A DNA stretch of 62,531 nt, the filler included, from Dehalococcoidia bacterium (GTDB lineage Bacteria; Chloroflexota; Dehalococcoidia; DSTF01; JACRBR01): the NCBI GenBank assembly GCA_041494685.1. It is 3 parts of 3 records of this genome, joined end to end, with 100 filler letters (N's around TTAATTAATTAA, not from the genome) between each part and the next. Parts side by side here need not be neighbours in the genome. Positions count along the whole stretch, not along the records: positions 1 to 25,490 come from JBGQBE010000049.1; 2 more parts are not named here. One strand, written 5' to 3'. The notes under the pieces are model-generated. The model was not told where the DNA came from, ran no database searches, and saw only the letters and a list, made by a program, of their open reading frames with translations. The translations under genes were made by a program, and so were the position numbers. Shown here piece after piece: positions 1 to 11,859 of this stretch (position 1 is its first letter; every line of letters starts with the position of its first letter).

Positions 1-534
1 ATCGATCATCGGCATCCATTCGGCGAGCTCTTCGAGCCGCGGGTGCTCCCACCACGTCGCGTGGAACTTCGCGATCTCGCGGATCGAGAGCTCCGCCTCT
101 TCGAGCGTGCATCCCGCCGCGTGGTCGCCGACGACAGCAGGCGCGAGATCCTCGATCAGCAGGACGTACTCCTGTGTCTCGCGGTTCATCGCGCTGTAGT
201 ACAGCTTCGGAGTGCGCAGCTCGACCTCGTCCGCGATCTCCTCATAGAAGCGGATCTCGCGGTGGTAGAAGTCGAAGAGGTTGCCGACGTAGCGCCCCAT
301 CTCGCTGGCGGCCGGGAACTTCGCCAGCAGCGACGCGGGCGCGCCCTCCTCCGGCCGGTCGTACGTCAGCCCGACGATCGCGAGCTGCCCGATGAAGCCG
401 GAGCCCTCGCCGATCACCTTCGGCTCGATCTTCGTGACCATAGCACGGGTGATGACGCCGGTCGATCGCAGGGCGTCGGTCAGCCACTCGCACGTCAGTT
501 CCCCTGGTCCTGCTGGAATCGTCATCGTCTGCAC
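1..534 (-). CDS. Phosphotransferase (APH/EcKinase-like), 3' end truncated by window edge
   Basis: Manual translation MTIPAGPGELTCEWLTDALRS...GEGSGFIGQLAIV...LLAKFP...FYHREIRFYEEIA...YVLLIEDL. GGAGG RBS upstream. Start is GTG 534 or ATG 525. Confidence 0.75.
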   Translation of the reverse strand, partial: MQTMTIPAGPGELTCEWLTDALRSTGVITRAMVTKIEPKVIGEGSGFIGQLAIVGLTYDRPEEGAPASLLAKFPAASEMGRYVGNLFDFYHREIRFYEEIADEVELRTPKLYYSAMNRETQEYVLLIEDLAPAVVGDHAAGCTLEEAELSIREIAKFHATWWEHPRLEELAEWMPMID

Positions 535-557
535 CCTTCTCGTTCCTCCCCCGGTCA

Positions 558-1802
558 CTAGAACATGTTCGGACAGTACGGCGCGTACTCGGTGCGCCAC
601 ATCGCATCCCAGAGCCGCAGCGGCGCGTCCGGCGCCGCCTCGGCGCGGCCGTAGCGCACGGCGTTCGCCGGCGACACCTGGCCGTAGAGCAACTGCGCCA
701 GCGCGGAGATATCGAGCGAGAGCTGCGGCGCCTCTTGCGTGCGCGTGACGCGCGCGCCCTCGGGCCCCGCCTCCAGCGCCCAGCGCCCGGCGTTCCACGG
801 ACACATCTCGTCCCGCACATCGAACACGACGCGCCCCTCGTGCCCGTACGGCCGCAGCGGAAGCGCGCGCTCGAGGTCGATGATCCGGCCCAGGATGTGG
901 TCGCGGTGTGTCGCGTTCAGCTCGCGCGGGTCCAGCAGCACGTGCGGCGCCGGGTCATCGACCGGCGCGTTGTCGACGATGACGCGCGCGGCGAGGTCGA
1001 ACGTCTTCAGCAACTCCCAGATCGCGCGGTAGGCGCCCGGCGTCAGCCAGGCGTAGTCGCGCACCATGACACGCTGGCCGGGGCCGCCGCTGTCGCTGAA
1101 CATGCCCGCATGCCAGCGCGCACCCCACGCGACGTAGCCCTTCGGCTCGCCGCCCTCTTCGTAGATCGAGACGATGCTCGGGCCCCACGGCTGCGGCTCG
1201 CCCGGGGCGCCGCCGATGCCCAGCGTCTGGCCCTCCCACATCACCGGCGCGCGGCGCAGGGGGCCGTTCCGGGGCTCGATGTACTCGTCGTAGACGCGCT
1301 GTAGCACCGGCAACTCGTCCTTCGACCCCTCGCGCCAGGTGCCTGTGGGCTTCGGCATCGACGGGGCGAAGTTGATCAGCTTCGGGTCGATGGTGTAGCG
1401 GACGGCCGACGCGCAAACCGCGTACCCGTAGCGCTGGTAGATCGCCGCGACTGAGGCGAGCAGAATGGCGATCGGCTGCCACTGCTGCTCGTAGCGGCGT
1501 TTGAAGTCGGTCTCCATGATCTTGCGCAGGTGGCCGCGGCGACGGAACTGGGGCAGCGTGCCGACGAAGGTGACGCCGGCGGCGTGCGCCTTCGCGCCGT
1601 TCAGCCGAACCACGAGCGGGAACGCGCCGTACGCGGTCGCGAGCTCGCCGTCCTCGAACGCGCAGAGGGACCAGTCCGGCAGCAGCGGGACGCCGTGCGA
1701 CGGGTCGAACGGCTCGCCGGTGTAATTGCCGAAGACGATCGCCGGCACGCGGTAGAACGCCGCGGTCTCTTCTTCCCGATACGGACGGATCTCCAGTGCC
1801 AT
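558..1802 (-). CDS. Eis-like GNAT acetyltransferase with C-terminal SCP2-like domain
   Basis: VGTLPQFRRRGH acetyl-CoA motif, AIYQRYGY, C-terminal PWNAGRWALE...LAQLLYG...PYCPNMF. GGAGG RBS before ATG 1802. Confidence 0.85.
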   Translation of the reverse strand: MALEIRPYREEETAAFYRVPAIVFGNYTGEPFDPSHGVPLLPDWSLCAFEDGELATAYGAFPLVVRLNGAKAHAAGVTFVGTLPQFRRRGHLRKIMETDFKRRYEQQWQPIAILLASVAAIYQRYGYAVCASAVRYTIDPKLINFAPSMPKPTGTWREGSKDELPVLQRVYDEYIEPRNGPLRRAPVMWEGQTLGIGGAPGEPQPWGPSIVSIYEEGGEPKGYVAWGARWHAGMFSDSGGPGQRVMVRDYAWLTPGAYRAIWELLKTFDLAARVIVDNAPVDDPAPHVLLDPRELNATHRDHILGRIIDLERALPLRPYGHEGRVVFDVRDEMCPWNAGRWALEAGPEGARVTRTQEAPQLSLDISALAQLLYGQVSPANAVRYGRAEAAPDAPLRLWDAMWRTEYAPYCPNMF

Positions 1803-1910
1803 GCACCCTCCTGCGTGGAGGCGATCATACCAGACGCGGCACTGTACGGCGGCCGCCCTCGCGCCGTACGATGGGCGCGCAGGCGCACGCGAGCGGGAAG
1901 GAGGCTCCAC

Positions 1911-2411
1911 ATGCCGCGAAGCGGCCCCGACGCAGACCCGACCGATATCTTCCCCTTCGTCTTCGGCCAGCCCCCTGTCGATGACCGGGCGGCCCTCGAG
2001 ATGCTTTCCTGGTTCGTCTTCGGCGCCGGCCTGAACTGGCGCGTGATGAAGGCGAAGTGGCCGGCGTTCTTGCGCGCGTTCAAGAACTTCGAGCCGAAGG
2101 CCGTCGCCCGCTTCGGAGAACGCGACATCGACCGCCTGCTGGCAGACGCCGAGATCATCCGCAACGGCAAGAAGATCACGAGCACGATCGAAAACGCCCG
2201 CGAGATCATCGCCGTCGCGAAGGAGCACGGCAGCATCGCCGCCTGGCTGCGCAGCTATCGCAGCGACACGCCGACGCTCATCGGCGAGGTGAAGCGCCGG
2301 TTCCACCACATCGGCGACACGACGAGCCGCATGTTCCTCGCGGCGGCGGACGTCATCGACTACCCGACGTGGGAGCCGACTACGCGACAGAAGCGCGGCG
2401 CGATGCGGTGA
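1911..2411 (+). CDS. DNA-3-methyladenine glycosylase I (Tag)-like protein
   Basis: AGLNWRVMKAKWPAFLRAFKNFEPKAVARF...IIRNGKKI...IENAR matches the Tag family pattern. AAGGAGG RBS. Confidence 0.8.
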   Translation: MPRSGPDADPTDIFPFVFGQPPVDDRAALEMLSWFVFGAGLNWRVMKAKWPAFLRAFKNFEPKAVARFGERDIDRLLADAEIIRNGKKITSTIENAREIIAVAKEHGSIAAWLRSYRSDTPTLIGEVKRRFHHIGDTTSRMFLAAADVIDYPTWEPTTRQKRGAMR

Positions 2412-2425
2412 TCCCGTGGGTTGCG

Positions 2426-2456
2426 TTGCCGCCCGCATTGTGCGAACATACGTTCT
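2426..2456 (+). promoter_or_regulatory. Sigma70-like promoter overlapped by a LexA (SOS/Cheo) box
   Basis: TTGCCG(2426-2431)-N17-TACGTT(2449-2454). CGAAC-ATAC-GTTC at 2443-2455 fits the Gram-positive/Chloroflexi LexA consensus CGAACRNRYGTTY. Confidence 0.65.
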
Positions 2457-2760
2457 TACCAGCCAACCGCCGCCCATAGAAACAGCGAATCGTCGAGGAT
2501 GCACCCTATGGGTCGCGCACGCCACATTTGACATATGCGACGAAAAATCTGCGGGCTCCCGGACATAATTCGTCACTCCAAGGCGGCTGCCGCCTGCCCC
2601 CTCAAGCCCGCCCGATGTAAGATAGCCGCAGGTCGCCGTAGGCCTGCGGAGGCCGCACGGAGCGCCCGCTCCCCGTGGCACACCGGCGTAATCTCCGATG
2701 ATGGCGGCGGCGGGGCACACACCCTGCCGGACGTGATCTCGCACCCCGTACGAGGATGAT

Positions 2761-3333
2761 GTGGTCAGCCGAACGTTGAACTCCGAAGGCTACATGCTCC
2801 CCCTGGGCGGGGCCGAGTTCTGGCTGCAGGCCGAACTGCAGGACGCCATGGACCGGGTCATCAAGACGCACTTCCGCGACGTGCTGGCGATGCCGCGCTC
2901 CCCGTACCCGCGGCTCGAGATGAGCAACCGCATGACCTCCAGCGCCGGCCGCTGCTACCCGGACACGGGCGAGATCCGTCTCGCCACGCTCTACCACCGC
3001 GACCACGGCATCGACGAGACGCTGCTGGTGCTGAAGCATGAGCTGGCGCACTGGGCCGCGCGCTGGCGCTACGGCCGCCGCATCGCGCCGCACGGCCGCG
3101 AATTCCGCGCCGTCGCGCACGAGCTGGACCCACGCATCACCATCACCTGCCCGCCCTTTGCACAGAAGGAGCGGGCGCAGCGCCGCACCTGGCACATGAC
3201 GTGCCCGCGCTGCCGGCGCACCTATCGCCGCGCGCGCCGCGACAAGGTGGCGTGCCGCGCCTGCTGCGACAGCTACGCCGGCGGCCAGTACGACCGCCGC
3301 TTCCGCCTCGTCGTCGTCTCGCGTGCCGAGTAG
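2761..3333 (+). CDS. SprT-like zinc metalloprotease with C-terminal zinc ribbon
   Basis: SNRMTSSAGRC, LKHELAH (HExxH), PHGREF, CPRC...CRACC. GAGGA RBS. Confidence 0.85.
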   Translation: MVSRTLNSEGYMLPLGGAEFWLQAELQDAMDRVIKTHFRDVLAMPRSPYPRLEMSNRMTSSAGRCYPDTGEIRLATLYHRDHGIDETLLVLKHELAHWAARWRYGRRIAPHGREFRAVAHELDPRITITCPPFAQKERAQRRTWHMTCPRCRRTYRRARRDKVACRACCDSYAGGQYDRRFRLVVVSRAE

Positions 3334-3970
3334 CGTCGCCGTCCTCTTCGACATGGACGGCGTGCTGATCGACAGCCACCGGCACCATCTCGCGGCATGG
3401 CACCAGCTGGCGCGCGAGCACGGACTCCAGCACCCGCCCGACTACTTCACGCAGACCTTCGGCCTGCGCAACGACGCCATCCTCGGCCGACTGCTGCCCG
3501 GCATCGAAGCCGAACGGCTGCGGGCGCTCTCCGACCGCAAAGAGACGCTGTACCGCGACCTGGCGGGGCGCGACACCTCAACGCTGCCGGGGGTGCGCGA
3601 GCTGCTGGCATGGCTCGCTGAGCAGGGCGTGCCGAAGGCGGTCGTGACTTCCGCGCCGCGCGCGAACCTGGACCTGATCCTCGACACGCTGGACCTGCGC
3701 GGCAGCTTCGAGGCTCTCGTGGCGGAAGAAGACGCAAGGAAGGGCAAGCCCGACCCGGAGGGCTTTCTCGTGGCAGCGTCGCGCGTGGGCACCGGCCCGG
3801 CGCGGTGCGTCGTGGTCGAGGACGCCCCTGCGGGGCTGGCCGCCGCGAAGGCCGGCGGTATGCGCGCCGTCGCCGTCACGACCACGCACGCCGCGGATCA
3901 CCTTCACGACGCCGACCTGGTGGTCGAATCGCTCGCCGATGCCGCCGTGCGCAGCTTCATCCTGGAATGA
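3323..3970 (+). CDS. HAD-family phosphatase (beta-PGM/CbbY-like)
   Basis: FDMDGVLID motif I, GKPDPEGF, VVEDAPAG. Confidence 0.9.
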   Translation: MPSSVAVLFDMDGVLIDSHRHHLAAWHQLAREHGLQHPPDYFTQTFGLRNDAILGRLLPGIEAERLRALSDRKETLYRDLAGRDTSTLPGVRELLAWLAEQGVPKAVVTSAPRANLDLILDTLDLRGSFEALVAEEDARKGKPDPEGFLVAASRVGTGPARCVVVEDAPAGLAAAKAGGMRAVAVTTTHAADHLHDADLVVESLADAAVRSFILE

Positions 3971-4027
3971 CCTCCGTCGCCCGGGCACCGCGCCGTCAGG
4001 GCGCGGGCTGCGCTTCCCGGCGGCCCG

Positions 4028-4285
4028 CTATGCGGTCTCCGCGCGGCGGATGCGGTCCACGACGCCGAGGACGGCGTCGATGAGGATCCGGTCGCCGGGT
4101 TGAGGCGCGTCGTACGCCATATCGGCGGAGAGGCGCGCCTCGCGCGCGCCCTCCGGCGGGTCGTCCTCATAGCGAAAGAGCACCGAGTAGTACGGCGTGC
4201 CGTGCAGCTCGTACGGCCGCACGCTCACGATGACGCCGGGTTGCGGGCGGGCGCGTTCGCCGCCGCGCACCCACTTGCCGCTCAT
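4028..4285 (-). CDS. Small hypothetical protein (86 codons)
   Basis: MSGKWVRGGERARPQPGVIVSVRPYELHGTPYY..., ATGA overlap with upstream DUF35 gene. Confidence 0.65.
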   Translation of the reverse strand: MSGKWVRGGERARPQPGVIVSVRPYELHGTPYYSVLFRYEDDPPEGAREARLSADMAYDAPQPGDRILIDAVLGVVDRIRRAETA

Positions 4286-4701
4286 CCGCCGGCCTTCGTG
4301 AAGCGGACGAGCGTCGCGTCGTCGGCGACGTCGTCGAAGACGGCCTCGAGCGGCATGTCGCAGCGCAGATCGTCGTGTGCCACGCCGACGACGTTCGAGA
4401 CGATGCGCGGCCCCTCTTCGAGCTCGACGACGGCGTACTGGTACGGCGTCTCGCCCTCGAATCCGGGGAACTTCTGGTGCATGATGCCGAAGCTGTAGAG
4501 CGTGCCACGGCCGCTGGCGCGCGCCCACTCCGTGTCGGTCGACCAGCAGTCGGGGCAGCGCGGCCGCGAAGGCAGCCGCCAGGCGCCGCAGCCACGGCAA
4601 CGCATCAGCATCAGCTCATGGCGGCGCGCGCCGTCGTAGAACCCGCGGGATTCGTCGTCGGCCTGCGGGATGGGCCGGGTGTAGGTGGTGTTCTCGGCCA
4701 T
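4282..4701 (-). CDS. Zn-ribbon/OB-fold protein (DUF35 family)
   Basis: CRGC...CPDC zinc ribbon, ASGRGTLYSF, AVVELEEGPRIVSN. Confidence 0.9.
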   Translation of the reverse strand: MAENTTYTRPIPQADDESRGFYDGARRHELMLMRCRGCGAWRLPSRPRCPDCWSTDTEWARASGRGTLYSFGIMHQKFPGFEGETPYQYAVVELEEGPRIVSNVVGVAHDDLRCDMPLEAVFDDVADDATLVRFTKAGG

Positions 4702-4717
4702 CAGATCTCAGCTTTCG

Positions 4718-5908
4718 CTACGCCGGGTGCGGCGACAGCACGAGCGTGCTGTGGTGGTCGAGCACGCCGCCGTTACCGGTGACGAGCACGACGTCGTGCT
4801 TCGCAACCTGCCGTTCACCGCCCTGGCCGCGCGCCTGGATGACGCCCTCCGACAGCGGCGTCATACCCCACATGTAGTACGCGCTCAGCTGGCCGCCGCC
4901 GGTGTTCGTCGGCAGGCTGCCGCCCGGGCCCAGCTTGCCGTCGGCGACGAAAGGGCCGCCTTCGCCCTTCGCGCAGAAGCCGTAGTCCTCCAGCGTCACC
5001 AGCACGGTGTAGGTATAGCAGTCGTACGCCTGCACCACGTCCACGTCGCCGATGCCGATGCCCGCCATCGCGAACGCCTTCTCTTTCGCCATCGGCGCGC
5101 CCGTCTGCGTCTCCACGTCCCAGCCCTTGCGGCGCATGTCGCCCGGATGCCCCTGCCCCATCCCCCAGACGTACGCGGGGGGCTGCCGCAGCGACGGCGC
5201 CTCCTCGGCGCGGGAGACGATCACGGCGACGGCGCCGTTGGAGACGAGGCAGCAGTCCAGGAGGTGCAGCGGCTCGGCCACCCAGCGCGACGCGCGGTAG
5301 TCTGCGAGCGTGATCGGCTCCCGGTGCTCGGCGATCGGATTGAGCGCCGCCCACTGGCGCTCGGCGACGGCGATCGCGCCGAGATGGTCGTTCGTGGTGC
5401 CGTACATCGACATGTGGCGGCGCGCCGCCAGTGCATAGAGAGCGTTGACGCCGAAGACGCCGAACGCGGGGTAGAGCCCGCCCATGCCGCTCGGGCGCGC
5501 CGAACGTCCGCTGCCGGCGTACGCGGCGCCGCCGCCGCGGCCCTGCTGGAGCGGCGCGTCGGCGAAGACGCAGACGACGTGGTTGGCCAGACCATGGATC
5601 ACGTTCATCGCGGCGTATTGGACCATGATGTTCGCGGTTGCGCCGCCGGCGTTCATGCTCGACAGCAGCCGGAGATTCGTGAGGCCGAGATAGTTCTGCA
5701 GGCCGACGCCGCCCATAGCGCCCAGCGGCGAGATGCCGGGGTTGACGAGCAGGCCGTCGATATCTTCCTTGCGCAGTCCCGCGTCGGCGACGGCGCGCTG
5801 CACCGCCTCGGCCGCGAAGTGCGAAGCGTCGTGTCCGTAGACGCGCCCCATCTCGCTGATGCCGAGGCCGGTGATCGCCGCCCTGCCCTTGAGTTCGCGT
5901 CCGTCCAT
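4718..5908 (-). CDS. Thiolase-superfamily protein (SCP2-thiolase/Ltp2-like, probable retro-aldolase)
   Basis: AAITGLG, PLHLLDCCLVSNGAVA, QAYDCYT, NTGGGQLSAYYMWG. Adjacent to DUF35. Confidence 0.85.
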   Translation of the reverse strand: MDGRELKGRAAITGLGISEMGRVYGHDASHFAAEAVQRAVADAGLRKEDIDGLLVNPGISPLGAMGGVGLQNYLGLTNLRLLSSMNAGGATANIMVQYAAMNVIHGLANHVVCVFADAPLQQGRGGGAAYAGSGRSARPSGMGGLYPAFGVFGVNALYALAARRHMSMYGTTNDHLGAIAVAERQWAALNPIAEHREPITLADYRASRWVAEPLHLLDCCLVSNGAVAVIVSRAEEAPSLRQPPAYVWGMGQGHPGDMRRKGWDVETQTGAPMAKEKAFAMAGIGIGDVDVVQAYDCYTYTVLVTLEDYGFCAKGEGGPFVADGKLGPGGSLPTNTGGGQLSAYYMWGMTPLSEGVIQARGQGGERQVAKHDVVLVTGNGGVLDHHSTLVLSPHPA

Positions 5909-6079
5909 CTGCCCTCCGCAGGCCACTATCGCGGCCGAACGGGCGTGAATCAAGCGATACGACGCGGCGGCAGCGCTCCAAGGGGAGATGGAGGAACACG
6001 GGCCGAGCGCAGACCAAACAGCACGGATGCCGACTCGGAGGCACCTCCGCGCGGATTCCTTCGCGCGCTGGAGGGATCC

Positions 6080-9244
<3,165 letters not shown>

Positions 9245-9279
9245 AGCTGATCCCTCACCCTGGCGCTCCCGCAGCGGAC

Positions 9280-9546
9280 AACACAAAGCCCGTCCCGTGT
9301 AAGGGACGGGCCGATCGCATCGATCCCGCGGTACCACCCTTGTTCTCGCCACTGGCAAGCGCTCTCTCCGGGCGCCAACACGCCCTGCCCCGCTAACGGT
9401 GGGCCTCCGGGCCGATCTACTGGCCGCGCGCGCGACGTTCGACCGCCGGCTCGAGAGTGATCTTCCGCCGCTGCGCCTGCGTCCGGCTCGCACCGTGGCC
9501 CGGACTCGCTAGGGGCGCACCGCGGCGTACTCGTCTCCGTCATCGC
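9280..9546 (-). ncRNA. T-box riboswitch, Ile specifier, with intrinsic terminator
   Basis: On the minus strand: stem I with specifier GAAG-AUC-ACUCUC (AUC at 9461-9459), T-box AACAAGGGTGGTACCGCG (about 9327-9344), terminator GCCCGTCCC-TTACAC-GGGACGGGC-TTTGTGTT. Confidence 0.92.
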
Positions 9547-9602
9547 CTGTGCGCGCAGTATAGCGCGGGACGGATGCTCGGCAACGGGTCGCACAGACGC
9601 CC

Positions 9603-10571
9603 TTACGGAACCATGATCACGCGGCCGAAGGCGGCACGCGACTCGATGTAGGTGTGGGCGGCGGCGGCCTCGGACAGCGGGAAGGTGCGGTCGATGACGA
9701 CCTTCAGCTCTCCCTTCGCGATGTCGCGGAGCAGATCGTTCAGGATCGGCGTGACGCGACCCGGGTTCATCAGCGCCTCCGCGCCCAGGAAGACGCCGGT
9801 GAGCGAGCGGTTGCCGGCGCCCAGGATCGACGGGTCGATCTTCATGTCGCCGCGGCTGACGTTGCCTACCGAGATCGCGCGGCCCCGGTACGCCAGGCAC
9901 TCCAGGCTGCCCTGCAGCGTCGCGCCGCCGACGGAGTCCACCACGAGGTCGCAGCCGCGGTTGTCGGTCGCTTTGCGCACCGCGTCGACGAAGCTGCCGT
10001 CGCGGTAGTTGATGCCCGCGTCCATGCCGTACTGCTTCAGGCGCTCCAGCTTCTCGTCGCTCGACGACGTCGCCAGCACCCGCGCGCCGGCGCGCTTCGC
10101 CAGCTGCACCGCCGCGATGCCGACGCCGCTGGTGCCGGCCTGGATCAGCACCGTCTCGCCCGCCTTCAGGTGTCCGAACTCGAACAGGCAGTCGTGCGCC
10201 GTGCCCCAGGACACCGGCACGCACGCCGCGTGCTCGATCGAGCAGGCGTCGGGCACGAGCCACGTCTGCGTCGCGGGGACGGCGACGCGTCCGGCGTGCG
10301 AGCCGCTCGCCATGAACGTCATGACGCGGTCGCCCACCTTGCGGTCGGTCACCTCCGGCCCGACTTCGCGGATGACGCCGGCGCAGTTGTAGCCGACGAT
10401 GTGCGGCGTCGAGGTCATCGCGCCGCCGGCGCGGTTCAGCACGTCGCCGCCCTCGATCGCCATCGCCTTCACGTCGATGACGACGCCCTTCGGGTGGCAC
10501 GCCGGGTCGGCCACGTCTTCGTAGCGGAGGACATCGGGTGCGCCGGTCTGGTAGTACACTGCGGCCTTCAT
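9603..10571 (-). CDS. NADPH:quinone oxidoreductase / MDR-family dehydrogenase
   Basis: GETVLIQAGTSGVG, VVDSVGG, TFPLSEAAAAH. Confidence 0.9.
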   Translation of the reverse strand: MKAAVYYQTGAPDVLRYEDVADPACHPKGVVIDVKAMAIEGGDVLNRAGGAMTSTPHIVGYNCAGVIREVGPEVTDRKVGDRVMTFMASGSHAGRVAVPATQTWLVPDACSIEHAACVPVSWGTAHDCLFEFGHLKAGETVLIQAGTSGVGIAAVQLAKRAGARVLATSSSDEKLERLKQYGMDAGINYRDGSFVDAVRKATDNRGCDLVVDSVGGATLQGSLECLAYRGRAISVGNVSRGDMKIDPSILGAGNRSLTGVFLGAEALMNPGRVTPILNDLLRDIAKGELKVVIDRTFPLSEAAAAHTYIESRAAFGRVIMVP

Positions 10572-10599
10572 GGGTGCTCCTTCGTGCGTGGTGCGGGCG

Positions 10600-11061
10600 T
10601 CAGGGCTGGCGGCCGCGCGTGTAGATGTCGGGATCTGCCTTCTCCATCCAGCGCTCCGGCGCGGCGACGGGCCGGAAGCCGGTCTTCTCGTAGAGCGCGT
10701 GCGCGTCCTTGGTGCCGAGCATCCAACGCCGGAAGCCCTGGAGCCGCGGGTGCGCCGCTACGCACTCCATCAGCCAGACGCCCAGCCCCTGGCCGCGGAA
10801 CTCATCAAGCACGAAGACGTCGCAGACGTACGCGAACGTCGCGTAATCGGTGATGATGCGGGCCAGGCCGATCGTGCGCGCGCCGCCGCCGGTGTACAGC
10901 CCGAAGTTCAGCGAGCCCTCGATGCCGCGCCGGACGACATCGAGCGGGATGCCGGGCACCCAGTATGAGCGCTCCAACAGCCAGCGATGCACCACTTCGG
11001 CGTCGAGCTTCGACGCGTCGGTGCTGATGACGAACTCGCCGCGGCGCCACTCCTCCGCCAT
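10600..11061 (-). CDS. GNAT-family N-acetyltransferase
   Basis: ARIITDYATFAYVCDVFVLDEFRGQGLGVWL...DAHALYEKTGF. Confidence 0.9.
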   Translation of the reverse strand: MAEEWRRGEFVISTDASKLDAEVVHRWLLERSYWVPGIPLDVVRRGIEGSLNFGLYTGGGARTIGLARIITDYATFAYVCDVFVLDEFRGQGLGVWLMECVAAHPRLQGFRRWMLGTKDAHALYEKTGFRPVAAPERWMEKADPDIYTRGRQP

Positions 11062-11750
11062 CAGGAGAGGTGCTTCTTGAAGAACGCGAACGTGCGCTCC
11101 CACGAGATCTTCTCGGCGTCGGCGCTGTAGTGTCCGCCCGCCTTCTCGACTTCCGGCGAGGGGTTGCAGAACGCGTGGTGCGCGTTGGCGTAGACGTGGA
11201 ACTCGACGCTCTTGCCAGCGTCGCGGATCTGTCCCTCCAGCGCCCGCGCCGCGTCGGGCGTGGCCCAGCCGTCGGCCTCGGCGTAGTGGCCCAGCACGGG
11301 GCCGGCGATCTTCGTCAGGTCCGGCTGCACGCCCGGCAGCACGCCGTAATAGATCACGCACGCGTCGAGCGGCTTGAGCGTGGCGATGAAGAGCGAGAGG
11401 CCGCCGCCCAGGCAGAAGCCGACGCTGCCGACCTTGCCCGTGCAGGCCGGGTGCGACTTCAAGTAGTCGTACGCGCCGGCCATATCCTTCGCAGCGACGT
11501 CCATCTTCATCGCCATCATCAGCTTGCTCGCCTCGTCCGGCTCGTTCGTCGTCCGGCCGTGGTACAAGTCCGGCGCCAGTGCGACGTAGCCGTTCTCCGC
11601 AAGGCGGTCAGCGACGGTCTTGATCCAGGGCACCATGCCCCACCACTCCTGGATGACGATGACGCCGGGGCCCTTGCCGGACGCCGGAAGCGCCAGGTAG
11701 CCCTCGGCACCGTGACTGTTGCTGGGGAACGAGACCATCTGTCCAGCCAT
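11061..11750 (-). CDS. Dienelactone hydrolase family protein
   Basis: VIQEWWG, ALAPDLYHG, GFCLGG nucleophile motif, HAFCN. Confidence 0.92.
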   Translation of the reverse strand: MAGQMVSFPSNSHGAEGYLALPASGKGPGVIVIQEWWGMVPWIKTVADRLAENGYVALAPDLYHGRTTNEPDEASKLMMAMKMDVAAKDMAGAYDYLKSHPACTGKVGSVGFCLGGGLSLFIATLKPLDACVIYYGVLPGVQPDLTKIAGPVLGHYAEADGWATPDAARALEGQIRDAGKSVEFHVYANAHHAFCNPSPEVEKAGGHYSADAEKISWERTFAFFKKHLS

Positions 11751-11859
11751 GGGAACCGTCTCCTTTCGCTTGCGTGGGATGCAGATTGGGTACGACAAGG
11801 AAAGCACGCCCGCGTCCGGCGTTCAAGGTGGGCTTGCGTGGAGACGGCGGAGGCGCGGG

